The notes beneath the pieces are model-generated. The model saw only the letters and a list, made by a program, of their open reading frames with translations. It was not told the DNA's origin and searched no databases. From NCBI GenBank assembly GCA_021826065.1, contig JAKADY010000011.1:7-64006 (forward strand): DNA of 64,000 bases, given 5' to 3'. This document shows, in pieces, positions 8,647 to 17,554 of this stretch (its first letter is position 1; each line of letters opens with the position of its first letter). The stretch is from Pseudomonadota bacterium. Its GTDB lineage: Bacteria; Pseudomonadota; Gammaproteobacteria; Burkholderiales; Thiobacillaceae. The translations under genes and the position numbers were made by a program.

Positions 8647-9180
8647 ATGGCCACGCACCTCATCCTGCGAAAGATCCTCAAGACCGGCCGGGTGACCGAA
8701 CCGGCGCCGCCGGCCAATGCGGCCTACCGCGTGCGCCTGCAGGCGCTGCAGGCAGAGCTGTACGAGGTCTTCGGCCGGGCGCTGACCATCCGCCACGTCG
8801 ATGCCGGCTCATGCAACGGCTGCGAGCTGGAGATCCACGCCCTCAACGGCCCGCACTACAACCTCGAGGGTTTGGGCATCAAGTTCGCCGCCAGCCCGCG
8901 CCACGCCGACGTGCTGCTGGTCACCGGGCCGGTGTCGCGCCACCTGGAGACGGCCCTCAAGCGGACCTACGAGGCCACACCGGAACCGAAATGGGTGGTG
9001 GCGATGGGCGACTGCGCCTGCACGGGTGGCATCTTCGGCGAGAGCTACGCGAGCCGCGGGCGGGTGGCGAATGTCATCCCGGTCGACGTGGAGATCCCGG
9101 GCTGCCCGCCCGACCCGGTGCGCCTGCTCGAAGGCATCCTGGCCGCGGTCAAGATCGACCGCAGCCATGGCGCGTCCTAG
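8647..9180 (+). CDS. NuoB/HycG-like small subunit (single [4Fe-4S] site retained)
   Basis: ATG at 8647, 2 nt after the large-subunit stop (the track ORF start at 8536 overlaps upstream). Cys pattern GSCNGCE ... GDCACTGG ... GCPPDP matches the N2/proximal-cluster ligands. Confidence 0.85.
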   Translation: MATHLILRKILKTGRVTEPAPPANAAYRVRLQALQAELYEVFGRALTIRHVDAGSCNGCELEIHALNGPHYNLEGLGIKFAASPRHADVLLVTGPVSRHLETALKRTYEATPEPKWVVAMGDCACTGGIFGESYASRGRVANVIPVDVEIPGCPPDPVRLLEGILAAVKIDRSHGAS

Positions 9181-9836
9181 CCGGCGAGCAGGGGCAGCAG
9201 TAGACGCGCGGCGACCGGTCCCTCGGCGCCGTGCGGCAGGCGCACCACCCGGGCGTTGATCCAGCGTTTCAGATCGGTGGCATTGTCCAAGAGCGGCTCA
9301 CCCTGTGGGCTGATCTCACTCAGCACGACCCCCGTCAGTTTCAGCCCACGCCGCTCAATCGCCTCGGCGCTGGCCAGCACCTGGTGGATCGCACCCAGGC
9401 GGTCCGCGGCCACCAGCAGCACAGGCAGTCCCAAGGCCAGGGCGAGGTCGGCATTGAGCCCGTCCTGCGCGATCGGCGAGAGGAAGCCGCCCGCCCCCTC
9501 CACGAGCAGGAAGTCCTCGGCGCCGAGGCCAGCGCGGCAATGCGCGACGAGGTCGCTGAGGCGATAGCCCACACCCTCCAGCCGGGCGGCCCGCTCGGGC
9601 GAGAGCGCGGCCATCAGGCGGTAGCGGCAGACGGCCTCGAGTGGCTCGCCGGTGACGGCGGCGTAGGCCAGGGCATCCTGAGGTCGCAGTTCGCCGTTCA
9701 CACGGGGACAACCCGATTCCACTGGCTTGCGCGCCCGCACGCGCCACCCCTGGGCCACGAGTGCCGCCGCCAAGGCGGTGCCGACATGGGTCTTGCCCAC
9801 GCCGGTGTCGGCCCCGGTGATGAACAGTCCGCGCAT
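9177..9836 (-). CDS. bioD: dethiobiotin synthetase
   Basis: 219 aa; N-terminal FITGADTGVGKTHVGTALAAAL P-loop and overall BioD-like sequence; convergent with the hyf-like operon, ends overlapping by 4 nt. Confidence 0.85.
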   Translation of the reverse strand: MRGLFITGADTGVGKTHVGTALAAALVAQGWRVRARKPVESGCPRVNGELRPQDALAYAAVTGEPLEAVCRYRLMAALSPERAARLEGVGYRLSDLVAHCRAGLGAEDFLLVEGAGGFLSPIAQDGLNADLALALGLPVLLVAADRLGAIHQVLASAEAIERRGLKLTGVVLSEISPQGEPLLDNATDLKRWINARVVRLPHGAEGPVAARLLLPLLAG

Positions 9837-9848
9837 GGATCAACGCAC

Positions 9849-10610
9849 TCAAGTTCCTGCGAACGGCGAGGATGGCATGGGTGGAAGCGGTCGCCGTGTC
9901 ATGAGCCAGGCCAGGGCCCAGACGCAGCCCGCAGCAGCGATCAGGTGCTTGAGCGTATGCCCGGAGACGAACCCGGTGGCCTCGAAGATCGGGCGGTCCA
10001 GCCACTCCACCAGCAGGGCCAGGGCATAGCAGGCGTAGACCACGGCCACGGCCATCGAACCGGTGTAACGCGCCGGGCGGCGCCAGACAAGCCAGCCCAC
10101 CAGCAGCACCGGCCAGAACTGCACATAGCCCCAGGGACGCAGATCGCCGCGTCCGGCGAGCTCTGTGGCATACCAGTAGAGCACACTGCCCAGGCCGAGG
10201 ATGAGCAGGACGGGCAGCAGACGCAGGGTGAGGCGCACGTCCAGCCGTTCCGCTAGGTGAATGGCCAACCAGCCCATGAAGGTCACCGCCATCGCCAGCC
10301 GATCCAGCATGAGTCCCCGGTCGTCGGGGGCGAGATGATAATAGGCCGAGGCGGGTCCCAGCAGCGTGAGTCCGGTGAAAAAGACGGCCCAGGGCCAGCG
10401 CTCGCGCTGGTCGTGGAAACGACCCACACGTCCGCGCGCGAGCGCGGCGAGCCCGGCCAGCCCCGTGAGGCTGAAGGGCAGGTTTGAGGCCACATCGGCG
10501 AAGTTGGCCACGCCCAGCCAGGCCCGCCGGTCGGCGAAGTCGTGATACTCCGGCCATTGGGCGACGGGCGGCACGGCCAGCGTCACCGCAGCGGCCACCG
10601 CCAGGCTCAT
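9849..10610 (-). CDS. polytopic membrane protein, alkaline-ceramidase-like family (tentative)
   Basis: ATG at 10610 chosen because the track ORF extends to 11000 through the neighbouring gene. 253 aa, ~7 hydrophobic segments, with YYHLAPDD...LDRL and SGHTLKHL motifs reminiscent of the ceramidase/haemolysin-III superfamily. Confidence 0.45.
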   Translation of the reverse strand: MSLAVAAAVTLAVPPVAQWPEYHDFADRRAWLGVANFADVASNLPFSLTGLAGLAALARGRVGRFHDQRERWPWAVFFTGLTLLGPASAYYHLAPDDRGLMLDRLAMAVTFMGWLAIHLAERLDVRLTLRLLPVLLILGLGSVLYWYATELAGRGDLRPWGYVQFWPVLLVGWLVWRRPARYTGSMAVAVVYACYALALLVEWLDRPIFEATGFVSGHTLKHLIAAAGCVWALAWLMTRRPLPPMPSSPFAGT

Positions 10611-10651
10611 GGCAAGGGCCTCGCGCTCAAGGCGCACGGTGTCCGCGGGGA

Positions 10652-11512
10652 TCACGGATTGCACCAGTCGCAGGCGCCCGGATCGGCCGCGACCGCCGCC
10701 AGCGCTCGCGTCTCGCGCCGGTCGCAGCGGGGGCAGGCCCAGACCTCGGCGCGGGCCTCGCGGGTGGGCGCGCCGCAGTCGGCACAGGGCAGCCCTGGCA
10801 GCCGCTCGACCGGCCAGTAGCCGGGTGCGCCGCAGTCGGGGCAGCGTGACAGCAGTTTGTCGCGCAGGTCCTCCGCCGCCCGGCGGATCAGCCCCCGACG
10901 GGTGGGGTGGGCATGCGCACGCAGGTCGTGTTCGAGGCAGACCAGCCCGTTGTCGGCCTCGGCGCGGGCGTGGGCGAAGGCCCGCTCGAGTGCCGCCCAA
11001 CTGTCGAGCCCCTTGACGATGCGGGGGGCTTCCGGGTGGGCCGGGCGCACCACCAGATGGTGCTCGGGAAATCCCGCCTCGGCGGCGAAGCGCTGCGCCT
11101 CGAGCCAGTCGCCGGTCAGCCTGTGGGCGAAGCGGGTGGGTCCCTGGGCCAGGCCCACCACCTCGATGCCGTGCAGGTCGTCGACCAGCAGGACCATCTC
11201 GGTGTTCCAGGGCGCCGCGCCCAGATAGGGGTCGGCGCCAAAGGCCCCCTCGCTGGCCAGCCCCAGCGGCAGGCCGGCGATCTCCATGCCGATCAGCGCC
11301 TTGCGGCGCGCCGCCTCGCGCTGGCTGCCTGCGCGCGGGATGTCGCGCGTGAAACTACCCAACCGGTCGGTGTCGAAGCCGCCGACGCGCTGCACCCGGC
11401 AGCCCAGCGCGGCATCGAGCACCGCAGCGAGGATCATCTCCTTGCCGTGCTGGGTGAGCAGGGCGATCTCGCGGCCGTGATAGGGGTGGCCGGGGTTGGG
11501 CGGCGGTTTCAT
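10652..11512 (-). CDS. hypothetical protein with C-terminal 4x CxxC zinc-ribbon region
   Basis: 286-aa ORF with protein-like composition. C-terminus has CPDC, CADC, CPRC and CDWC. Family not recognised with certainty. Confidence 0.5.
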   Translation of the reverse strand: MKPPPNPGHPYHGREIALLTQHGKEMILAAVLDAALGCRVQRVGGFDTDRLGSFTRDIPRAGSQREAARRKALIGMEIAGLPLGLASEGAFGADPYLGAAPWNTEMVLLVDDLHGIEVVGLAQGPTRFAHRLTGDWLEAQRFAAEAGFPEHHLVVRPAHPEAPRIVKGLDSWAALERAFAHARAEADNGLVCLEHDLRAHAHPTRRGLIRRAAEDLRDKLLSRCPDCGAPGYWPVERLPGLPCADCGAPTREARAEVWACPRCDRRETRALAAVAADPGACDWCNP

Positions 11513-11561
11513 GCGCTAGGCTCTTGCGGCATGGACAGCGGCGCGGGTAGCTGACCGGGAT

Positions 11562-12140
11562 TCAGCGCATCAGCAGCAGGGCGATGACCACCGCCGCCAC
11601 CACGGCCCAGCCCAGGGTGTCCACATAACGGTGCAAGGCCGCTTCCATGCGCGCCCCGCCCAGCCGCATGAGCCCCGCCACCAGGTAGAAACGGGCACCG
11701 CGGCCGATGACCGAGGCGAGGACGAAGGGCAACAGGGCCATGGACAGCACGCCGGCGGCAATGGTGAAGACCTTGTAGGGGATGGGCGAGAAACCGGCGA
11801 CGAAGACCGCCCAGAAACCATAGCGTTCGAACCAGTCCACCGCCAGCCGGTAACCCTCGGCATAGCGCGGCCGCGCCTCGATCCAGGGGGCGATCAGTTC
11901 GAAAGCGAAGTGGCCGATGGCATAGCCCGCCAGCCCGCCGGCCACCGAGGCCAGGGTGGTGATGAGGGCCAGCCGCCAGGCGCGGTCCGGCCGCGCCAGC
12001 GCCATCGGCGCCAGCATGACGTCCGGCGGGATGGGGAAGAAGGACGACTCGGCGAAGGAGAGCCCACCCAGATACCAGGGCGCACGCGGGTGGCGCGACC
12101 ATTGCATGACACGCCGGTACAGCGGGGAAAAGAGCCTCAC
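11562..12140 (-). CDS. YqaA/DedA-type (SNARE-associated) membrane protein
   Basis: 192 aa; AESSFFPIPPDVMLAPMAL and FSPIPYKVFTIAAGVL motifs typical of the YqaA/DedA family; 4-nt overlap with the upstream gene. Confidence 0.7.
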   Translation of the reverse strand: MRLFSPLYRRVMQWSRHPRAPWYLGGLSFAESSFFPIPPDVMLAPMALARPDRAWRLALITTLASVAGGLAGYAIGHFAFELIAPWIEARPRYAEGYRLAVDWFERYGFWAVFVAGFSPIPYKVFTIAAGVLSMALLPFVLASVIGRGARFYLVAGLMRLGGARMEAALHRYVDTLGWAVVAAVVIALLLMR

Positions 12141-13108
12141 GGTCGGGCACCCTGCACCATGGCCATGACCTTGGCGGCCGTGAGCCCCTGCGCCGTCGAC
12201 TCGATCTGCGGCAGGTAGTTGGCCTGCAGAGACTTGGCGGGCCCGAGCAGGTCCTGGAAGGTCTGTCTCAACAGCGCCGTGCTCATCTGCCGGCCGCCGC
12301 CGTAATAGCGCTTGGCCACCTGGCCCAGGGCGTAGGTGGTGGCGAAGGAGAAGGCCATGCCGGTGGCCACCCCGCCCACCTTGCCGAGGGTCTTGCCACC
12401 CGCGCGGCCCAAGAGCCCCCCGAGCAGCTTGCGGCCGAATTGCTCCAGGTACTGGGAGGTGAGCCCCACCCCGGCGGTGGCCAGGAATTCACGGATGTGG
12501 CCCTGGTCCAGCGTCACCCCGTGCGCCTTGCCGATCTCGTACACCATCTTGATCTGCAGCGGGATGATGGCGAGCGAGGCCCAGGACTGCGGCAGCAGTT
12601 CCAAGGCGCCGGTCAGGATGGCGTAGTTGAGGATGGAACGGTCGAGCTCGGCCTCGGGCACGTGGGGCACCGCCGCGACCACCGGTCCGGGGGCGGCGGC
12701 AGGGGCGGACTCTGGCGCGGCGTGGCTCGCGAGGCTGACGATGTCCTCGACCTCGCGCTCCACCCCCTGCGCCGCGCCCGTCTCCAGACCCAGCGCCGAG
12801 CGCAGCTCGTCGAGAAAGCGTCGTTCGGCAGCGTTGGTGGCGCCGTCGGCATCGCACACGCCGACCGCCATCTCGTAGGCGAGCAGGCGGTGTTCCGGCT
12901 CGCTGAGCCCGGCCACGGCCTGCTGCAGGCTCAGGCGCTTGAGCAGTACGTCCTGATAGAGGCGGGTGAGGTCGGGCGCGCCGGCATCGCCGGCCAGGGA
13001 TTCGGCCATGGCGCGGATGTGTTCGCGTTCGCGCTCGTCCTTGGCGCCGTCAGCGAAGGCGGCGAAGAGGGCGATGGCGAGTAGGCTGCGTTGCTGCTCG
13101 GGGTTCAT
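12137..13108 (-). CDS. TerB-like N-terminal domain protein with uncharacterised C-terminal domain
   Basis: 323 aa. N-terminus ([29 protein letters not shown] ... [28 protein letters not shown]) resembles the TerB/DUF533 co-chaperone-like fold. The ATG overlaps the queA stop (ATGA). Confidence 0.45.
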   Translation of the reverse strand: MNPEQQRSLLAIALFAAFADGAKDEREREHIRAMAESLAGDAGAPDLTRLYQDVLLKRLSLQQAVAGLSEPEHRLLAYEMAVGVCDADGATNAAERRFLDELRSALGLETGAAQGVEREVEDIVSLASHAAPESAPAAAPGPVVAAVPHVPEAELDRSILNYAILTGALELLPQSWASLAIIPLQIKMVYEIGKAHGVTLDQGHIREFLATAGVGLTSQYLEQFGRKLLGGLLGRAGGKTLGKVGGVATGMAFSFATTYALGQVAKRYYGGGRQMSTALLRQTFQDLLGPAKSLQANYLPQIESTAQGLTAAKVMAMVQGARP

Positions 13109-14262
13109 GGGCGTGCTCCTGGGTCGGACATGGGATACCCCTCGGATTCCTGGGCTCGGCTGGCGGTTGGGTCCGCTCCTGCCTGTGACAATGATCGTAC
13201 GCTTACGTTACACGAAAATGCAGGCTCAGGCCGGCCCTGTCGCTCGATCAGCATGGCGTCGCCATAGCTGAAGAAGCGGTAGCGGCTCGCCACGGCGTGG
13301 GCATAGGCCTGGCGCATGAGCGCCACACCGCCGAAGGCATACACCAGCATGAGCAGGGTCGAGCGCGGCAGGTGGAAGTTGGTGATGAGCCGGTCGACCA
13401 CACGGAAGCGGTAGCCGGGGGTGATGAAGAGATCGGTCTCGCCGCTGCCCGGCCGCACGCCGCCATCGTCCAGAGCCGCCGCCTCCAGGGTGCGCAGGCT
13501 GGTCGTGCCCACCGCCAGCACACGGCCGCCGCGTGCGCGCGCCGCCGCGACCGCGGCCGCGGTCTCGGGCGGTACCTCGTACCATTCGCTGTGCATGCGG
13601 TGCGCACGCACGTCTTCCACCCGCACGGGCTGGAAGGTGCCCGCGCCCACGTGCAGGGTGACCCGCGCCATCGCCACGCCCATGGCGCGCAGACGCTCGA
13701 GCATCGCCTGGTCGAAGTGCAGCCCCGCCGTGGGGGCGGCCACCGAACCGGGCGCGCGGGCATAGACGGTCTGATAGCGCTCGGCGTCCGCGTCCTCGGC
13801 CGGACGGTCGATATAGGGCGGCAACGGCACCTCGCCATGGCGCTCCAGCCACTCGAACACCGTCAGTGTCGGATCGAAGCGCAGCCGGAAGAACTCGCCC
13901 TCGCGCCCGAGCACCTCGGCCTCGAAGGCACCGGCCAGACGCAGCCGGCTGCCCGGCTTGGGCTTGTGGCTCACGCGTAGCTGCGCGAGTACCTCGTGTT
14001 CGCCGGTCACCCGTTCGATCAGCACCTCGACCCGGCCGCCGCTCGCCTTCTCACCGTGCAGACGCGCCTTGATCACCCGGCTGTCGTTGAACACCATGAG
14101 GTCCCCCGGCCGCATGAGCTGCGGCAGATCGGCGAACAGGCGGTCGGTGTAGGTCCCCGCCACGGCGTCCACGTGCAGCAGCCGGCTCGCACTGCGCTCC
14201 GGCAGGGGGTGGCGGGCGATGAGGTCCTCCGGCAGGTCGTAGTCGAACTCGTCGATGTGCAT
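13105..14262 (-). CDS. queA: S-adenosylmethionine:tRNA ribosyltransferase-isomerase
   Basis: [19 protein letters not shown] start matches the QueA N-terminus, with conserved body ([31 protein letters not shown]). The first 11 codons of the track ORF (to 14295) lie in a repeat element, so Met12 (14262) or Met7 (14277) is preferred. Unusual ~40-aa C-terminal tail. Confidence 0.85.
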   Translation of the reverse strand: MHIDEFDYDLPEDLIARHPLPERSASRLLHVDAVAGTYTDRLFADLPQLMRPGDLMVFNDSRVIKARLHGEKASGGRVEVLIERVTGEHEVLAQLRVSHKPKPGSRLRLAGAFEAEVLGREGEFFRLRFDPTLTVFEWLERHGEVPLPPYIDRPAEDADAERYQTVYARAPGSVAAPTAGLHFDQAMLERLRAMGVAMARVTLHVGAGTFQPVRVEDVRAHRMHSEWYEVPPETAAAVAAARARGGRVLAVGTTSLRTLEAAALDDGGVRPGSGETDLFITPGYRFRVVDRLITNFHLPRSTLLMLVYAFGGVALMRQAYAHAVASRYRFFSYGDAMLIERQGRPEPAFSCNVSVRSLSQAGADPTASRAQESEGYPMSDPGARP

Positions 14263-14283
14263 GGCCGAGGGCCGCATTACCTT

Positions 14284-14406
14284 GAAAATCGGCATAGCCG
14301 ATCACATCGCCCCCTTCCCCCGCAAGCGGGGGAGGGGGTGGGGGAGAGGGAACCGTTCATGGACGGGGCGAGCGTTTTTTCATGGGCAAGAGCGGCCATG
14401 AACGGT
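14284..14406. repeat. BoxC-like GGGTGAGGG intergenic repeat, copy 1 (subtype with ACCGTTCATG...CATGAACGGT ends)
   Basis: GAAAATCGGCATAGCCGATCAC - CCCCTTCCCCCGCAAGCGGGGGAGGGGGTGGGGGAGAGGGAACCGTTCATG ... CCATGAACGGTCA. Near-identical architecture to 50935-51063. Lies between the queA start and the LysR stop. Confidence 0.8.
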
Positions 14407-15350
14407 CAGCTTGGCTTGTCCGGTCGGGCGGCCGAGCGGCGGTAGGGCGCCAGCAGTTCGTCCGTGAACTGGTGGATGAAGCGGCGGAACTGCCCCACCA
14501 CCGGCATGTCGCCCTTGACGCTCAGGTAGACCAGATACCAGTGGCCGAGGATGGGCAGTGTCTCGACGTCGAGGACGCGGATCTCCTCGCCGAAGTGGAG
14601 GCCCGCCAGCATGGTCCGCGAGACGATGGACACGCCCACGCCGGTGGCGACCGCCTGCTCGATGGCGAAGTTGCTGCCGAGCTCCATGCGCGGGCGGATC
14701 TTGATGCCGTGTTGCGCCAGATGGCGCTCGATGGTGATGCGCGTGCCCGAGCCCGGCTCGCGCATCAGGAAGGGCTGGGCGCAGAACTCGGCCAGGGGGA
14801 TGCGGCGCCGGCGCCGCGCGAGGGGATGCTGACGGGCGGCGATGGCCACCAGCTCGTTGGGCATGAAGGGCTCCACCGTCAGGTCCGGCCCCTCTGGCGG
14901 CACGCTGAAGATGTAGAGGTCGTCGAGGTTGTCGCGCATGCGCTTCAACAGCACGTCGCGCTGGGTCACGCTCAGGGTGGGCTCGATGGCCGGGTGCTGT
15001 TGCAGGAAGTGGCCGAGGATGCGCGGGGCGAAGAACTTGGCCGAGGTCGCCACCCCCAGCCGTAGCCTCCCCCCCTCCAGCCCCTTGAGCGCCTGTAGCC
15101 GCGCCTGCATCTGCTCCAGCCCGTCGAGCATGATGCGCGCGCCGGCCAGCACGATCTCGCCCGCCTCGGTCAGATGCAGCTTCTTGCGGTGGGTGTAGAA
15201 CAGCGGGCTGCCGACGATGTCCTGCAGCTGCGCCATCTGCATGGACACCGTGGGCTGGGTCAGGTGCAGTTCGCGCGCGACCTGGCTGAAGTTGCCGCAG
15301 CGGGCGAGGCGCTCGAAGACCTGCAGTTGGCGCAGTGTGGGGTAGGCCAT
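14406..15350 (-). CDS. LysR-family regulator, CbbR paralog
   Basis: ATG at 15350 (track ORF runs to 15482). 314 aa. Alignable along its length with the cbbR product at 40020 (HLTQPTVSMQM, GRLRLGV..SAKFFAPR, LMREPGSGTR, ELGSNFAIEQAV). Divergent from SulP gene 15473. Confidence 0.8.
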   Translation of the reverse strand: MAYPTLRQLQVFERLARCGNFSQVARELHLTQPTVSMQMAQLQDIVGSPLFYTHRKKLHLTEAGEIVLAGARIMLDGLEQMQARLQALKGLEGGRLRLGVATSAKFFAPRILGHFLQQHPAIEPTLSVTQRDVLLKRMRDNLDDLYIFSVPPEGPDLTVEPFMPNELVAIAARQHPLARRRRRIPLAEFCAQPFLMREPGSGTRITIERHLAQHGIKIRPRMELGSNFAIEQAVATGVGVSIVSRTMLAGLHFGEEIRVLDVETLPILGHWYLVYLSVKGDMPVVGQFRRFIHQFTDELLAPYRRSAARPDKPS

Positions 15351-15354
15351 TAGA

Positions 15355-15372
15355 TATAGGTTTATACCTATA
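15355..15372. promoter_or_regulatory. LysR-type palindromic box
   Basis: TATAGGT-TTAT-ACCTATA, perfect 7-bp arms, 5 bp from the LysR start codon and ~100 bp upstream of the SulP start. Same core pattern as ATAGAT-TTAC-ATCTAT at 39879-39894. Confidence 0.55.
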
Positions 15373-15472
15373 GTCGGTATCGTAACAATTGATTTCAGCT
15401 TATACAAGCCGCGCCCTAAGATGACCCCCATGGCGCGGCATCCGGTCACGCATCGAGAGAGAGGAGCTTTCC

Positions 15473-17554
15473 ATGAACCCAAGCCTGTCGAACTGGCTAC
15501 CGTTTTTACGCTGGTTCCCCATGACCCCCGCCACCCTGCGCGCCGACCTGGTCGCCGGCGTCACCGTGGCCCTGGTGCTGGTGCCGCAGAGCATGGCCTA
15601 TGCCCTGCTCGCCGGCCTGCCGGTGGTCTACGGCCTGTATGCCGCGCTGTTGCCGGTCATCGTCGGTGCGCTGTTCGGCAACTTCAACCTGCTGCATACC
15701 GGCCCGGTGGTGATGCTCTCGCTCATGTCGGCGGCAGCGGTCGCTCCCTTCGCCATCGCCGGCTCGGACGAGTTCATCGCCCTGTCCATCCTGCTCGCCC
15801 TCATGGTCGGCGTGCTGCGGCTGCTGATGGGCGTCTTCAAACTGGGCGGGATCGTCAACCTTGTGTCGCACCCGGTGCTCATCGGCTTCACCAACGCGGC
15901 AGCGCTCATCATCGGCCTGTCGCAACTGCGCTTCATCCTCAACATGCCCAACCCGGGCACCGGCAGTTTCGCCGGCGACGTCACCACCCTGCTCGCCCGT
16001 CTCGACCAGGCCTACTGGCCGGCCGTCGCCTTCGCCGCCGGTGCGGGCCTGATGATGTGGCTGCTCATGCGCTGGCTGCCCAAGCTGCCGGCGGTCCTGC
16101 TCGCGGTCGTGTTCGGCACCGCCCTGAGCGCCGCCATCGGCTATGAGCAGGTGGCCAATCCCGGTGTGGAGCGCATCGCCGACCCGGAGGTGCGCACCAT
16201 GCTCACCACCTTTGCCGAGACGAACCAGACGTTGAAACAGCTCGCAGCCGAGGCCACCCGCCAGCGTGCCGCCCTGCGCGAGGCCGAGGCCGCGGGGGCG
16301 TCGGCCACGACCCTGACGGCCCTGCAGGCGGAGATCGAGGTGCTGGAGGTGCGCATCGAAAACCTCAAGAAGGAAAACAACGCGCGCCGGCTGGACCTGC
16401 ACGCCCAACCCCTGGTCGCGGTCGATACGGCCGACGGGCTGACCTACTACCGCGCTGACCGCCTGCCTGCCGGGGCCACCCCGATTGACGGCACCTGGCG
16501 GTTCCAGGGACTGAAGGACGGCAAGGTCACGCTGGCCGCCGGCGGCGACGTGGTCGGCCAGATCCCGGCGGGGCTGCCCGAGTTCAAAGCGCCCACGCTC
16601 GATTGGAACATCATGCTGACGCTGCTGCCAGCGGCCTTCGTCATGGCCCTGATCGGCTTCATGGAGGCCACCTCGGTGTCCAAGGCCCTGGCCGCCAAGA
16701 CGCATGAGCGCCTCGACACCAACAAGGAGCTGATCGGTCAGGGCTTGGCCAACATCGTCGGTGCCTTCTTCCAGAGCTACACGGTGAGCGGCTCGTTCTC
16801 GCGCTCGGCTGTGGCCGCACGCGCGGGCGCGAAAACCGGTCTGTACGCGGTGGTGAGCGCACTGGTGGTGCTGGTCGTGCTGCTCTTCCTCACGTCCTAC
16901 CTCTACCACCTGCCGCAGGCGGTCCTGGCCACCATCGTCATGATGGCGGTATTCGGCCTGATCCGTGTGGCGCCGCTCAAGCAGGCCTGGCGGGTGCAGC
17001 GCAGCGACGCGGTGGCGGGCCTGATCACCTTCGTCGCCACCCTCGCCTTCGCCCCCGACATCGCCAACGGCATCCTGATCGGTATGGCGCTGACGGCCAC
17101 CTTGTTTCTTTTGCGCACCATGAAGCCGCGTGCGGCGGTGCTCGGGCGCAAGGCCGACGGCAGCCTGGGCGGCACCGACAGCGGGGCGCTTGAGCCGCTC
17201 GGCCAAAACTTCGTCGCCATGCGCTTCGACCGCTCGCTCAACTACCTCAATGTGGCGGCCTTCGAGGACAGCGTGCTGGAGGTGCTGGCGCGACAGCCCC
17301 AGGTGCGCGGCATCCTGGTCATCGGCTCCGGCATCAACGAGCTCGACGCCAGCGGTGCGGACAAGGTGCGCGAGCTGGCCGAGCGCCTGCAACAACAGGG
17401 CGTGGTCCTAATGTTCAGCAGTCTAAAGGCACCGGTGGCCGATGCCTTCGGCCGCGCCGGCCTGATCGAGCTGCTCGGTCCGGACAACGTCTTCCCGAGC
17501 AAGGCCCAGGCCGTGGATGCCGCCCGGCGGCGCTTCGATCTCGCCCCCGCCTGA
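15473..17554 (+). CDS. SulP-family anion transporter with C-terminal STAS domain (candidate DIC/bicarbonate transporter), carrying a ~130-aa insertion
   Basis: 693 aa; GAGGAG SD 8 nt upstream. SulP hallmarks: DLVAGVTVALVLVPQSMAYALLAGLP, GQIPAGLPEF, NKELIGQGLANIVGAFFQSYTVSGSFSRSAV. STAS-like C-terminus. Residues ~225-360 are extra relative to the usual SulP layout. Confidence 0.85.
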   Translation: MNPSLSNWLPFLRWFPMTPATLRADLVAGVTVALVLVPQSMAYALLAGLPVVYGLYAALLPVIVGALFGNFNLLHTGPVVMLSLMSAAAVAPFAIAGSDEFIALSILLALMVGVLRLLMGVFKLGGIVNLVSHPVLIGFTNAAALIIGLSQLRFILNMPNPGTGSFAGDVTTLLARLDQAYWPAVAFAAGAGLMMWLLMRWLPKLPAVLLAVVFGTALSAAIGYEQVANPGVERIADPEVRTMLTTFAETNQTLKQLAAEATRQRAALREAEAAGASATTLTALQAEIEVLEVRIENLKKENNARRLDLHAQPLVAVDTADGLTYYRADRLPAGATPIDGTWRFQGLKDGKVTLAAGGDVVGQIPAGLPEFKAPTLDWNIMLTLLPAAFVMALIGFMEATSVSKALAAKTHERLDTNKELIGQGLANIVGAFFQSYTVSGSFSRSAVAARAGAKTGLYAVVSALVVLVVLLFLTSYLYHLPQAVLATIVMMAVFGLIRVAPLKQAWRVQRSDAVAGLITFVATLAFAPDIANGILIGMALTATLFLLRTMKPRAAVLGRKADGSLGGTDSGALEPLGQNFVAMRFDRSLNYLNVAAFEDSVLEVLARQPQVRGILVIGSGINELDASGADKVRELAERLQQQGVVLMFSSLKAPVADAFGRAGLIELLGPDNVFPSKAQAVDAARRRFDLAPA

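Noticed and set aside
9355-10557. 400-aa minus-strand ORF and the 341-aa plus-strand ORF 9231..10256 overlapping bioD and the membrane-protein gene
   Set aside because: Composition is Arg/Gly/Pro/Ala-rich, they overlap better-supported genes, and no motifs are present.
13105-13260. The C-terminal ~40-aa extension of QueA as a frameshift or pseudogene signal
   Set aside because: The reading frame is continuous and its stop overlaps the next gene's ATG (ATGA), which suggests genuine translational coupling. I note it as unusual but not as a pseudogene.
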